Shown here: positions 30,197-40,902 of the stretch, in pieces | Layout of the letters: each line of letters starts with the position of its first letter | Numbering within the stretch: position 1 is the first letter of the stretch | NCBI GenBank assembly: GCA_963662275.1 | Contig: OY759316.1 | Coordinates: 2,688,001-2,752,000 of the forward strand | Reading direction: 5' to 3' | Source of the DNA: Candidatus Cloacimonadales bacterium | GTDB lineage: Bacteria > Cloacimonadota > Cloacimonadia > Cloacimonadales > DAONDQ01 | Length of the DNA: 64,000 bases | Position numbers and translations under genes: made by a program | Notes under the pieces: generated by a model | The model's database searches: none | What the model saw: the letters and a program-made list of their open reading frames with translations, nothing else | What the model was told of the DNA's origin: nothing

Positions 30197-30294
30197 TAAG
30201 TAAAAAAACTGATAAGAGAAGAGAAGAAACATATATAGTATAAATTATAACGGATAATTCATATTTGCTAGATTGAGATCTATATTTAACTCTC

Positions 30295-32400
30295 CTAAAA
30301 TGTCTTACTAATCTTAAACCAGGAAGTTTCGGAAGTTTTATATATGGTATCCAAATATTCATCCTCAGTTGATTTAAAACCTATATATATCTTCGTTGTG
30401 GAATTCATAAACCAGTGCATTGTACAGAAATAACCAACATGCTGAGTCATACCCATCATTTCATAATTATTGTATCGAACTCCCGAAACGAGTTTCAAAT
30501 CTTTACTGAATGTTAACTCCATGTCCAAATTAGTTACATCGTATTCATTATCACCCCGCACTCCAGATAGATAAGCTGTCGCAGGAGGTAAATCATTCCA
30601 TATGATATGATTATTGCGAAAGATATAAGAGACTACCGGTCCTAGAAATCCGTTGATTCCAGCATAATAGTATGAGTTTTGATAGTTCTGATACGGGTCA
30701 ATTAATGAATATAGTATCGTTCTCCCCGTACCCATCCCAACATATCCACTACATGTCAGCCAGCGGTCAGTACCTATATTCACATCAATATTATGCCAGG
30801 GAATCAGCTCATCATTTGGTAATCTATCTGCTCCTAAGCTTCCATTGATAGTTATACTGAATCGAGGAGTAAAAGTAATGGCATTTGTTAATCGAGTATC
30901 GAAAGTTCTTATTTGATGATTCCCTTCATGTTCCCAAGTCGTATTTCCGCTGCTGCCCCAATACATGGTTCGAACGAATGAATCCCTAAAATTATCATCA
31001 TAATCAATGGAATATCCACACCCCAGAAGGTTAACATCGAATCTGGCATAATCTGCACCCATGCCAGGTATATATTTTGGAGTAATTTCCCTACAATATA
31101 TGTAAGACAGGAATTTTCCAATTGTTTGTGTCGAAGAAAATGCTGCAAAATGTCCGTTACTATCCTCCATACCTTTTCTTTTATCAATACTTTCTGCAAA
31201 CTGCGCTTGAACCTTCCAAGTAGGAGAGATCTGAAGGAATGGAGCTGTGTATAACAAGTAGTTGTATTTTTGCGTTTCTCTATTGGTCCTTCCTAAGAAT
31301 GTAAACTGGGAATTGAATCTACCATATCGCGGTTTAAAGGCAATAAGGTTATAAGTATCAGCAGGATTAATAACGATAGAATCTTCTGTTGTTTCCTTAT
31401 CTTGTGCGCTTAGAAAACCTATATTCCAATTTTTACCACTATCAGTAAATTTGATTGCATACTGTGGCTGCATAATTCTGCGAGTATAAAATTGTGCTTC
31501 ATTCACACCGAATGCATTTAAGTCTTCCGTGAAGAAAATGCGATTTTCAGGTAATTGCGGAGGGTATTTATCGTTATGTGAATCCCTTTCCTCATCCACA
31601 GGTACTTCCGTAAAGTCTGGATTAAATGCCATTTTTACAGAAGAGTTACTAGTAGGACGATAAACAATGTTCAATCCCACATGCTTGGGATCAAAAGTAC
31701 TCTTTTCTGTTAGCATGTCATAAGAATGATAGAAATATGGAATTACATAATAGTTCTTCGGCATTTCAATAGACTCTCTGATTGTCATCGGTTCGAAGGC
31801 ATCAAAATACTGCCTGGGGCTCATTCCAGAGACTGGATTAAATGGATTCGAATAAGAAGAGACTGTGCTTTGTACCTGCCTGGCTATGGAAAAAGACCAC
31901 TGGTATGGAGGGTTACCGCAAAACCTTAAATCACGGAATGGAATCGTCATTCTGATTGTCCATAACTTCCCTGAATATGAAGATTCACAATCATAAAGAC
32001 TGTTCCAGGCTTTATCCACTTGAAGATTATCTGTTCTCACAGCATCAAAACATGTTCCTCGTGGGTAAGCCATAAAATAGTAGGCAAAATCCTCATTAGC
32101 CATTGTTTTAATCTGTATCCTCACATAATCTGAAGTTTGATTATCATCACGAGTCGCATAAGCACCTGGAACAAAATTGCTATCGATTTCACATTCCCAG
32201 TAAGCGTATAGATTTTTACTATCATGCCATAACCAGCAATCAGTAGCAAATGGGATTTGTTGGCGGTCAGCAGGTCCAATCCTTTCCATACCTTGTAAGT
32301 GATTAGACTCTGTTTTAACTAATTCCCTTGAAAAAGGAACATCAATAGAATATATTGCTAAGACCATAACTAGAAACAATATAACAATTAAGTATTTCAT
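30295..32400 (-). CDS. Secreted CBM9-like/DUF5916-type outer-membrane protein
   Basis: Signal peptide, WTIRMTIPFRDLRF, FNPDFTEVP, ENRIFFTE, FYTRRI, C-terminal KISKTF. Confidence 0.7.
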   Translation of the reverse strand: MKYLIVILFLVMVLAIYSIDVPFSRELVKTESNHLQGMERIGPADRQQIPFATDCWLWHDSKNLYAYWECEIDSNFVPGAYATRDDNQTSDYVRIQIKTMANEDFAYYFMAYPRGTCFDAVRTDNLQVDKAWNSLYDCESSYSGKLWTIRMTIPFRDLRFCGNPPYQWSFSIARQVQSTVSSYSNPFNPVSGMSPRQYFDAFEPMTIRESIEMPKNYYVIPYFYHSYDMLTEKSTFDPKHVGLNIVYRPTSNSSVKMAFNPDFTEVPVDEERDSHNDKYPPQLPENRIFFTEDLNAFGVNEAQFYTRRIMQPQYAIKFTDSGKNWNIGFLSAQDKETTEDSIVINPADTYNLIAFKPRYGRFNSQFTFLGRTNRETQKYNYLLYTAPFLQISPTWKVQAQFAESIDKRKGMEDSNGHFAAFSSTQTIGKFLSYIYCREITPKYIPGMGADYARFDVNLLGCGYSIDYDDNFRDSFVRTMYWGSSGNTTWEHEGNHQIRTFDTRLTNAITFTPRFSITINGSLGADRLPNDELIPWHNIDVNIGTDRWLTCSGYVGMGTGRTILYSLIDPYQNYQNSYYYAGINGFLGPVVSYIFRNNHIIWNDLPPATAYLSGVRGDNEYDVTNLDMELTFSKDLKLVSGVRYNNYEMMGMTQHVGYFCTMHWFMNSTTKIYIGFKSTEDEYLDTIYKTSETSWFKISKTF

Positions 32401-32669
32401 AACTGCTCCTTGCATACACATGTGTGCATTATTGATTCCATTGTGTAAATGTCAAGGGTTTTTATCCAATTCAACTATTTTCATATCCTGCTTTTATTTC
32501 CTTTGCCAATGGAGTATATCTATCGTGATACTATATATGATTTTATTCAATATCGCTTGATGAGGCATATTTTTCAACTCCAATACAGAAACTCATTGAC
32601 GAGAGTTTGAAATACAATTAATTCACTTCTAAAAAATAACTGCAAAATCTATCTTCAAAGGAGCATAGA

Positions 32670-34151
32670 ATGAAACGTGTTATCTTGTTGATCCTTATAC
32701 TTAGCTTGATTATTTGTCTCCAAGCTGATAATTTCCAGAAATTCAAATCAAAAGTAGTTCTCTACCAGTTATCGAATGGAGCAACACTACTTGTCCTGGA
32801 AAAACATGATGTTCCGATCGTCCATTGTATCACATTAGCGAAGGTTGGTGCTGTGAACGAAGAACCAGGTAAAACAGGGATTGCTCATATCCTTGAACAT
32901 ATGGCTTTCAAGGGAACAAAAACTATCGGTACTTCGAATTATGCTGAAGAACAGAAGTTAAACGATGATGCGGATCAGATCTTTTCCCAAATCCTGTTAG
33001 CACGTAAAACAAATGCTTCTAAAGAAGTACTTGAAGAACTTCAAAAAAAACTTGATACTAAGAATGAGGAAATTTCCAAATACGTGATACCAAATGAATT
33101 CCCTGAAATCATTCAACGAAATGGTGGTACTGATCTTAATGCTGGTACAGCTATGGATATGACTCTTTACCAGGTAAGTTATCCTTCTAACCGGCTTGAA
33201 ATGTGGATGGCAATGGAAACAGATCGCTTCACCAACCCTGTGTTTCGTGAATTTTATAAAGAACGTGATGTCATTATCGAAGAGAAGCGTCTGCGTTATG
33301 ATAATTCTCCACAAGGTAAATTAATTAGTGATATTGCTGATAGTGCTTTTACTGTTCATCCATATAAACACCCGACTATTGGTTACCAGGATGATCTTGA
33401 ATCGATAACACGTCCTGATGTATATGCTTTTTTCAATAAATATTATGGCTCAGCCAACTTGGTCTTTGCCATCTACGGTGATGTGAATGCAGCAGATGTT
33501 AAAAGCTTGGCTGATAAATACTTGTCAACAATTCCAAAAAGAACACCCGTAAAGGATATTTCTATTATAGAACCACAGCAGAAGAAAGAACGTAGTTTTA
33601 CCTTAACAGAAAATGCACAGCCTATGTTCTTTATGGCATATCATATTCCATCTGAATTAAATCCTGAAAGCCCAGCTTTAGATGCTTTAGTGAATATCCT
33701 GGGACAAAGCCAGACATCTCGTCTTACAAAAAGCTTAGTTGATGATAAGAAAGTCTCGGTTGGAGCCTTTGCTTTTAAAGGATATCCCGGAACAAAATAT
33801 CCCAATCTTCTCTTAATTGGTGCTCTTCCCAGCCCTGGTCATACTGTTCAGGAATGTAAGGATGCTATTGAAATCGAAATTAATAAAATGAAAACAGAAC
33901 CCGTTTCAAAGATTGAATTGTCAGGTTATCAAAAACGAGCGCAACTACAAAACGTACAACAATTGAATGCCGGTATTTATCTCGCGATGCAATTGGCATA
34001 TTTCCAAGCTTTGAAGGGTGATTATAGTGAGGTATTCAATAAATTCGAGAAGACCAAGCAAGTTACACCGGATCAGATTCAGAAGGCAGCTCAGAAATAT
34101 CTGATAGATTCGAATACCACAATTGCTGAATTGGCAACCAAAGGAGAGTAA
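32670..34151 (+). CDS. M16 family zinc peptidase, catalytic subunit
   Basis: HILEH (HxxEH), signal peptide, HPYKHPTIG. Confidence 0.92.
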   Translation: MKRVILLILILSLIICLQADNFQKFKSKVVLYQLSNGATLLVLEKHDVPIVHCITLAKVGAVNEEPGKTGIAHILEHMAFKGTKTIGTSNYAEEQKLNDDADQIFSQILLARKTNASKEVLEELQKKLDTKNEEISKYVIPNEFPEIIQRNGGTDLNAGTAMDMTLYQVSYPSNRLEMWMAMETDRFTNPVFREFYKERDVIIEEKRLRYDNSPQGKLISDIADSAFTVHPYKHPTIGYQDDLESITRPDVYAFFNKYYGSANLVFAIYGDVNAADVKSLADKYLSTIPKRTPVKDISIIEPQQKKERSFTLTENAQPMFFMAYHIPSELNPESPALDALVNILGQSQTSRLTKSLVDDKKVSVGAFAFKGYPGTKYPNLLLIGALPSPGHTVQECKDAIEIEINKMKTEPVSKIELSGYQKRAQLQNVQQLNAGIYLAMQLAYFQALKGDYSEVFNKFEKTKQVTPDQIQKAAQKYLIDSNTTIAELATKGE

Positions 34152-34152
34152 C

Positions 34153-36255
34153 ATGAAAAACACCAGTAAATTCCTATTACTAATTATTTTAATGTCACTC
34201 TTCTCAACATTATGCGCTGTTGATGTCCGAACGATGACTTTTGCACCTCTCCATAATATCATTCTTCCTAAAGTAGATAAAACCGTTCTTCCAAATGGAA
34301 TCACGCTTTATTTATGTGAAGATCATACTTTACCTGTGATTAATATGAGAGGTATTGTCCGAACCGGTGATGTTTTTGATCCGGTAGATAAAATCGGGCT
34401 TGCTTCAATGACCGGCAGTTTGATCGAAAGCGGTGGAGTCGGTAAATATAGCGCTAAGGAGTTTGATCAACTCCTCGATGAAAACGGTATTCGCTTCAGT
34501 TCATTCATAGGTAGTCGAAGTGGTTCTTTCGGGATGTCTTTTCTCCCAGAAGATACTCAGCTTTCGTTAAGTATTCTTAAAGCTGCATTAATAACACCTC
34601 GATTTGAAGAAGAACGACTGCAAATTCTGAAACAAGAAATGAATTCTGATATATCCCGTCGAAATGATCAAATGGATGACATTACCTTCCGAGAATTTCC
34701 CAAACTTGTATATGGATCTAATAGTCCCTATGCCCGAACATATGAATATAGAACCATTGCCAATTGTACGCGTGATGATATTATAAAGTTCCATAAGCAG
34801 TTCTATCAGCCACAAAACATCTCACTTAGTGTTATTGGTGATTTTGACACGAATACAATAACAAAAACTATCACTGATCTGTTTGCAGATTGGCAAAAAG
34901 GAAACGATCCAATACCTCAATTACCGAAAGTTGAAATCACATATGCAAAATCCATCAATTTAGTGAAACGCCCGGAAGCAAACCAAAGCTGGATACTCAT
35001 GGGACATATGGCTGAAATTACAAAGAAGAGTCCTGACTACTACCCCATGATTATGATGAACAACATACTTGGCGGAGCATTCAATAGCAGAATCTTCCAA
35101 AAATTACGTACACAAATGGGGCTTTCCTATGCTCCTGCGGGATTTTATGACATTGCCTATGATTATCCCGGGCTACTATACCTTATGTCCCAGACAAAAT
35201 CGGAAAAAACTATGGCTGCTATCCGAGCTCTCCAGGAAGTTGTTTCTGATATGCAAAAAGTTCGAGTCACAGACCAGGAATTGATGCTGGCAAAGGATAA
35301 TTTTTTAAATACTTTTGTCTTCAATTTCGATAGCAATCGGGAAGTTGTAGGACGTATGATGGAATATGATTATTATGGATACCCGATGGATTTTCTGCAA
35401 ACCATGGAAGCAGGTATTAAAAAAGTAACGAAGGAAGATGTTGATCGAGTCTCAAAACAATACTTGCATCCTAATAATCTGATAGCCCTAGTGGTAGGAA
35501 ATGATGCTGCATTTGAAGAACCATTATCATCACTCGGACCCGTCAATATTGTGGATATAAAAATACCCCCATTGAAAGCAGATTCTGTGATTGTTTCTGC
35601 AAAGGATATCTCTGCTGGTAAAGATCTGTTTGGGAAAGTATTGAAAAATATAGGTGATATCAGTAAAATCAGGAATATTCAATCTACCGGTAAAGTCCAA
35701 CAAGCTACTCCTATGGGAGACATGGATATTGATGTTGTGGTTACAATTCAGATACCCGACAAGATCAAACAGTCAATGAAAACTCCTTATGGAGATATGG
35801 ATATGATAGTCTCGGGAAACACAGGTATCATGAAAAGTCCAATGGGTAATCGTCCATTACCGGATGATGCTGTAAAACAGCTAATTGGCACTTCCCCTGA
35901 ATCCTTTTTTAGTATCGCTCTGGATAAAAATAAATTACAAATTTCGTTAGGTGCTAACCAGCAGATTGATGGAATCACATATCTGACACTCCAGTTTAAA
36001 AATGATGACATTCAATTCCAATGGTTGATTGACTCTAAAACCAATCTTCCTGCTTATGTGATTTCCACGGAAACTGGAGAAAATGGACCTGAAACCGTGC
36101 GTACTCATTTAATTGAAAACAAAGTCGTGGATGGAGTGCTTTTCACTTTCAAAAAAGAAACAACGGATAAAGACAATAAAGTCGTGTCAAAATCCGAGAT
36201 GACAGAAATTAAGACCAATATCAATATTCCTGAAGATTTTTTCTCAGTGAATTAA
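34153..36255 (+). CDS. M16 family peptidase, non-catalytic partner subunit with ~230-aa C-terminal extension
   Basis: LPNGITL, lacks HxxEH, SRIFQKLRTQMGLSY (R/Y pair). Confidence 0.85.
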   Translation: MKNTSKFLLLIILMSLFSTLCAVDVRTMTFAPLHNIILPKVDKTVLPNGITLYLCEDHTLPVINMRGIVRTGDVFDPVDKIGLASMTGSLIESGGVGKYSAKEFDQLLDENGIRFSSFIGSRSGSFGMSFLPEDTQLSLSILKAALITPRFEEERLQILKQEMNSDISRRNDQMDDITFREFPKLVYGSNSPYARTYEYRTIANCTRDDIIKFHKQFYQPQNISLSVIGDFDTNTITKTITDLFADWQKGNDPIPQLPKVEITYAKSINLVKRPEANQSWILMGHMAEITKKSPDYYPMIMMNNILGGAFNSRIFQKLRTQMGLSYAPAGFYDIAYDYPGLLYLMSQTKSEKTMAAIRALQEVVSDMQKVRVTDQELMLAKDNFLNTFVFNFDSNREVVGRMMEYDYYGYPMDFLQTMEAGIKKVTKEDVDRVSKQYLHPNNLIALVVGNDAAFEEPLSSLGPVNIVDIKIPPLKADSVIVSAKDISAGKDLFGKVLKNIGDISKIRNIQSTGKVQQATPMGDMDIDVVVTIQIPDKIKQSMKTPYGDMDMIVSGNTGIMKSPMGNRPLPDDAVKQLIGTSPESFFSIALDKNKLQISLGANQQIDGITYLTLQFKNDDIQFQWLIDSKTNLPAYVISTETGENGPETVRTHLIENKVVDGVLFTFKKETTDKDNKVVSKSEMTEIKTNINIPEDFFSVN

Positions 36256-36353
36256 ATACCTGTGATAAAACTCTCTACACATGGTGTACTAGATTTTAAA
36301 TCTGGATATGCATTTGTGATGACATATTCCTGTTTCATTCAAAAGGAGGATCA

Positions 36354-36968
36354 ATGAGACGTACTATCCTTATTGCTTTAGCTTGCATTGTAATTGCTTT
36401 CATCACAAATCATTTAGCAGCCTATGATAAAAGTAAAGAAAAAATATTACATCTCGATAAGATCACAAAAATTGATGGATTCTATTGTATTGGTTGGATA
36501 AACACAACCATAGATGGGAAATTGATTTCATTTGACAGTGCTGCACCAATTTATTTAACAAGAGGAATTATTCCTACTGGCAGTAGAATTGTCTTACATC
36601 CGAATCTGAATATTCAATATGTGAGTCTGAAAAAACCTACAAGAATACAAGGTTTATTATGCGTTGGTTATGGACCGGATAGTCCTGCTATTCAATTTTT
36701 TCCTGATGGTAATTTAAAACTATGCTATCTCATTGAAGATACTTGGATAAACGGAATATTATGTCATCATGGCTACTTTTCCAGGGTTTTATTTTCCCAG
36801 AATGGAAAGCTACTTTCCTGTGAATTAGCAAAGGATCAAAAGATCGATGGAAAACTGATAAAAGCTAGGTCTTTGATAACCTTATATGAAAATGGAAAAA
36901 TAAAACTCATACGTAAGTCAAATTTTTTCAGATCATCGGTTTTTGATTTATTGGATTTAGTCTTGTAG
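36354..36968 (+). CDS. Hypothetical secreted protein with internal repeats
   Basis: Signal peptide; repeated (G.L..C.L..D..I.G) motif; GGAGG RBS. Confidence 0.7.
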   Translation: MRRTILIALACIVIAFITNHLAAYDKSKEKILHLDKITKIDGFYCIGWINTTIDGKLISFDSAAPIYLTRGIIPTGSRIVLHPNLNIQYVSLKKPTRIQGLLCVGYGPDSPAIQFFPDGNLKLCYLIEDTWINGILCHHGYFSRVLFSQNGKLLSCELAKDQKIDGKLIKARSLITLYENGKIKLIRKSNFFRSSVFDLLDLVL

Positions 36969-37039
36969 AGACGTCAAACTTGGGCGTCTTTCCGATTACG
37001 AGTTTCTGCTGTAGAGACGTCCAACTTGGGCGTCTCTAC
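36965..37039 (+). repeat. Two GTAG-REP palindromes (GTAGAGACGTCMAACTTGGGCGTCT)
   Basis: 36965-36993 and 37011-37039; the first overlaps the TAG stop of the upstream gene. Confidence 0.8.
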
Positions 37040-37049
37040 AAGATACTAG

Positions 37050-37619
<570 letters not shown>

Positions 37620-37627
37620 GGTAGTGA

Positions 37628-38425
37628 ATGACATCTTTTTGGGATAAGTACCAGGAGACTTTACGTCAGCATAAATCTCTTCTCTGTATAGGTTTGGATT
37701 CGGATATCAACAAAATGCCTTCAGCTCTGGCAAAAGAAGACAATCCACAGTGGATATTCAATCGGGAGATTATTGATGCCACTTACAATCAAGTTGCCTG
37801 TTATAAACCAAACCTGGCTTTTTACTTGGCAACCGGTGAAAAGGGAATGAAGGCTTTGTATCAGACTATTGCTCACGTTCCTTCCCATATTCCCGTATTG
37901 CTGGATTGTAAGGTTGGTGATATTGGAAACACAATGAGTTCATATATGAAAGCGTTTTTCCAGGATATGGGTGTAGATGCAATCACTGTCAATCCACTTA
38001 TGGGGAAGGATGTGTTTAAACCTTGTTTTGATTATCCTGGTAAAATGATTTTCTTACTGGCATTGACATCAAATCCATCAGCTATCGACTACTTGAAATT
38101 GAACTCATTGTTTCAGAATATTGCTCATGATATAGCCTTATTAGATCATACAAAGGTGGGAGCTGTTGTGGGGGCTACTCAAAGTCAAGATCTGAAACTC
38201 ATGCGCAAAATAATGCCTGATAGTCTTTTCCTGATTCCGGGAATCGGTGCCCAGGGAGGCAACCTGGCGGATGTCATGCGAGATGCTATAAAAGATAAAA
38301 CTGACCCGCGAATTCTAATCAATTCTTCAAGAAACATTATTTTTGCTGATGATAGTTCAGATTTTGCAGAGAAAGCAAATGGTGCCGCAGAAGAGTTAAG
38401 AGCTGAAATCCAGTGTTATTTATAA
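37628..38425 (+). CDS. pyrF: Orotidine-5'-phosphate decarboxylase (subfamily 2)
   Basis: LCIGLD, YKPN, DCKVGDIGNT, PGIGAQGG, NSSR. Confidence 0.95.
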   Translation: MTSFWDKYQETLRQHKSLLCIGLDSDINKMPSALAKEDNPQWIFNREIIDATYNQVACYKPNLAFYLATGEKGMKALYQTIAHVPSHIPVLLDCKVGDIGNTMSSYMKAFFQDMGVDAITVNPLMGKDVFKPCFDYPGKMIFLLALTSNPSAIDYLKLNSLFQNIAHDIALLDHTKVGAVVGATQSQDLKLMRKIMPDSLFLIPGIGAQGGNLADVMRDAIKDKTDPRILINSSRNIIFADDSSDFAEKANGAAEELRAEIQCYL

Positions 38426-38571
38426 GCATCCGGGAGTCTAAAATTCCCACAACAATCCTTTGGTTATTTGTTAACTGAAAGTTAATTTCGGACTCATGGA
38501 TCGTTTTTAAATTGTATTCGATTCTGAACTTTCCTGAAAACAGGTTTTCGCTACCGAGGATGAAAGCTGAG

Positions 38572-38695
38572 TTCTCCGAGTGAACAGATTTATCTATTTG
38601 TATCGAGGAGACGACATTGCACAACCTTATAGGGACACATTGGGTCATTTCGATACAATTTCTCCTTCGTCGAAATCACTCAATGAACCGGCTCT
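38572..38695 (-). repeat. 124-bp dispersed module, copy 2, bounded by a perfect 13-bp inverted repeat (38559-38571/38694-38706)
   Basis: GATGAAAGCTGAG ... CTCAGCTTTCATC. Confidence 0.9.
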
Positions 38696-38706
38696 CAGCT
38701 TTCATC

Positions 38707-38770
38707 TAAAGTCCATTTGCACTTTTAGTCAGTTGTTTTTTATTAGTTTAGATAGGACAAATGAACTCCA
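38707..38770 (-). repeat. ~63-nt hairpin element
   Basis: Minus strand TGGAGTTCATTTGTCC-N32-GTGCAAATGGACTTTA. Confidence 0.8.
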
Positions 38771-38783
38771 GAATCTTAGTCAT

Positions 38784-38818
38784 AAAAAAACCCACGCAAT
38801 TGCGTGGGTTTCTTTTTT
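38784..38818. terminator. Bidirectional intrinsic terminator
   Basis: AAACCCACGC-AATT-GCGTGGGTTT with A/T tracts. Confidence 0.8.
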
Positions 38819-38868
38819 ATTCAAAAAGTTGGTTTAACCGGTTGGCGAGTTAAATCCTCGATTTTGGT

Positions 38869-39141
38869 TTAATAACCGCGATAGTTCGAACGGGGTCTGC
38901 TATCACGCTGCATCGGACGGGCTTCATCAACCTTAAGGGTTCTTCCGCCAAATTCGATACCATTTACTTCATCTTTTGCCTTTAAAGCATCTTCTGGTGT
39001 TGCCATTTCGACAAAGCCAAAGCCTTTGCCTTCAATAACAGTTGCATTCTTCACTTCGCCATACTGTGAAAAAAGCTGTTCCAGCTCTTCACTTGTGGTT
39101 GCGTAATTTAAATTGCCGACATATAGTCTGCTACCTTGCAT
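38869..39141 (-). CDS. RRM (RNP) RNA-binding protein
   Basis: LYVGNL (RNP2), KGFGFVEM (RNP1), LKVDEARP. Confidence 0.93.
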   Translation of the reverse strand: MQGSRLYVGNLNYATTSEELEQLFSQYGEVKNATVIEGKGFGFVEMATPEDALKAKDEVNGIEFGGRTLKVDEARPMQRDSRPRSNYRGY

Positions 39142-39428
39142 TGTTCCTCCATGTTACGTCTCGAAAATAATGTGATTTGAGGGTTGCAAGCATAGCAATC
39201 CGAACCTGACATTATTAAACGAGCGAGTTTTCATTATTATTGATTCACTTCGCTCTTCGCGAATCCAACCTACACCAAAATAATATAACGCATTTCCTTG
39301 TAAAGCTTTATTTTATTTTATACTATCTTTCACTTATCTCACATTTATTTTCTCGAGGATTTTCTTTGACTTTCAAAAAAAAATAGTCATTATATAGATA
39401 TTAAATAAATTTCAAGGAGAAAATCATC

Positions 39429-39887
39429 ATGGAAATCAACCAGGAAATGCTGAAGCAAATTCACCAAAAACTTGCTTCTGACTTATTTAACTCTGTGTGG
39501 TCATACCTTGATAAAATTGACCGCACCCCAAGTGAAGATGCAGAGATGATTCATTTCGCCCATGCTTCCCTCTTCCACTGGATGCAGATTGGTACGAAAG
39601 AGAATGTGTATACTGGTGAATGGCAAATTTCCCGGGTTTATGCAACACTGCATTTGTCACAATCTGCCCTCTACCATGCAGAAAGAGCGCTTCAGATCTG
39701 CCTGGATCACGGATTCACTGGTTTTAATCTTGGTTATGCCTATGAAGCTATGGCACGCACCTTTATGATAGATAATGAAGATGATCTAAAAAACAAATAT
39801 TTGAAGCTGGCACAGAAGGAAGCTGAGAAAATCGAGAACCTCGAATATAAAAGCATGTTACTGGATGATTTGAAGACGATCGTATAA
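39429..39887 (+). CDS. Conserved hypothetical helical protein
   Basis: AHASLFHW, GEWQISRVY, YAYEAMAR; AGGAG RBS. Confidence 0.75.
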   Translation: MEINQEMLKQIHQKLASDLFNSVWSYLDKIDRTPSEDAEMIHFAHASLFHWMQIGTKENVYTGEWQISRVYATLHLSQSALYHAERALQICLDHGFTGFNLGYAYEAMARTFMIDNEDDLKNKYLKLAQKEAEKIENLEYKSMLLDDLKTIV

Positions 39888-39947
39888 CTATTCGGCAGCT
39901 CATCCTTCAGGCTTGGTGGAAATGACTTTAGGCGTTCTAAGATAATA

Positions 39948-40065
39948 CCAGTTTCAATCCTATTTCATACCTGTTTCAATCCTGTTTCATTCCTGTTTCA
40001 TTCCTGTTTCGTCAAACTGGTTTGAGATTGGTATGAGATTGGTATGAGAGTGATTTGGGATTGGA
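39948..40065 (+). repeat. 11-mer tandem repeat element, copy 2
   Basis: Homologous to 16281-16397. Confidence 0.85.
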
Positions 40066-40141
40066 TAGAGCTTGGTATTAATAATGTGGGTCAATATCAA
40101 TGTTTTGATATCATTCCAGATCATACAAATCATATCGATGT

Positions 40142-40202
40142 TGGATTTCAAATCTCTAATGCCTTTTTTACTAACTCAAAGATGAAGGAGATTTGGAATT
40201 CA
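40142..40202 (+). repeat. ~63-nt hairpin element (diverged, fully paired stem)
   Basis: TGGATTTCAAATCTCT-N29-GGAGATTTGGAATTCA. Confidence 0.7.
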
Positions 40203-40287
40203 ACCACATATTTAGCAGCGTATTCATAATACGGTTTTGAACTTCCCTCAAAACAGGTTTTCGCTACCGATGATGAAAATGTCGGTT

Positions 40288-40351
40288 TGAAGTCCATTTT
40301 CCCTTTTAGCCAGTTGGTAATTGATAGTTTTGCTTGGGAAATTGAACTCCA
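40288..40351 (-). repeat. ~63-nt hairpin element
   Basis: Minus strand TGGAGTTCAATTTCCC-N32-GGGAAAATGGACTTCA. Confidence 0.85.
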
Positions 40352-40489
40352 AACTTTAACTTTCATATAAACATCAAACTCTTGGCTTTCATATAAAGCC
40401 CACATATAGCATCAGATTTGAATAAACTCGAATTTCCTTGACAGGATAAAAAAGACAGTTTCTTTCAACCAAAGCATAAGGAGGAACTA

Positions 40490-40660
40490 ATGGCTGTAAA
40501 AATTGATAAGGATACATGCATCGGTTGTGGTGCTTGTGTAGATGTCTGCCCAGTTTCTGCATTGAGTCTTGTGGATGATAAAGCTACCTGTGATGCAGAT
40601 GTTTGCATCGACTGCGGAGCTTGCATCCCTACTTGCCCTGTCTCTGCGATCACTGCATAA
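40490..40660 (+). CDS. 2x[4Fe-4S] ferredoxin (56 aa)
   Basis: Below the ORF-track cutoff; MAVKIDKDTCIGCGACVDVCPVSA...CIDCGACIPTCPVSAITA; AGGAGG RBS; terminator hairpin at 40682-40709. Confidence 0.95.
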   Translation: MAVKIDKDTCIGCGACVDVCPVSALSLVDDKATCDADVCIDCGACIPTCPVSAITA

Positions 40661-40902
40661 ACCAAGCTTTTTCTGTTAATTAGGTCGATAATGATTATCG
40701 ACCTTTTTTGTTGGGATGCAAAACTCCGATTTGGCATAAGCAAATCGGGGTTAGACAACCCCTTCCATTAACGGCTTAACAAGCTGTGATACATGGCATA
40801 TTCACCGTTCGCACTTCGTACTTTGAAGTAATTCTTGACAATTTATGATGATGTTCCATAAAGCTTATTAGCTCCAGAATAATTCTATATATGAGGGTCT
40901 TA

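Noticed and set aside
40148..40405. Short similar ORFs here and at 61112-61345 and 38337-38837
   Set aside because: The similarity comes from the shared DNA repeats. Frames are not preserved among copies (loops of 29-32 nt).
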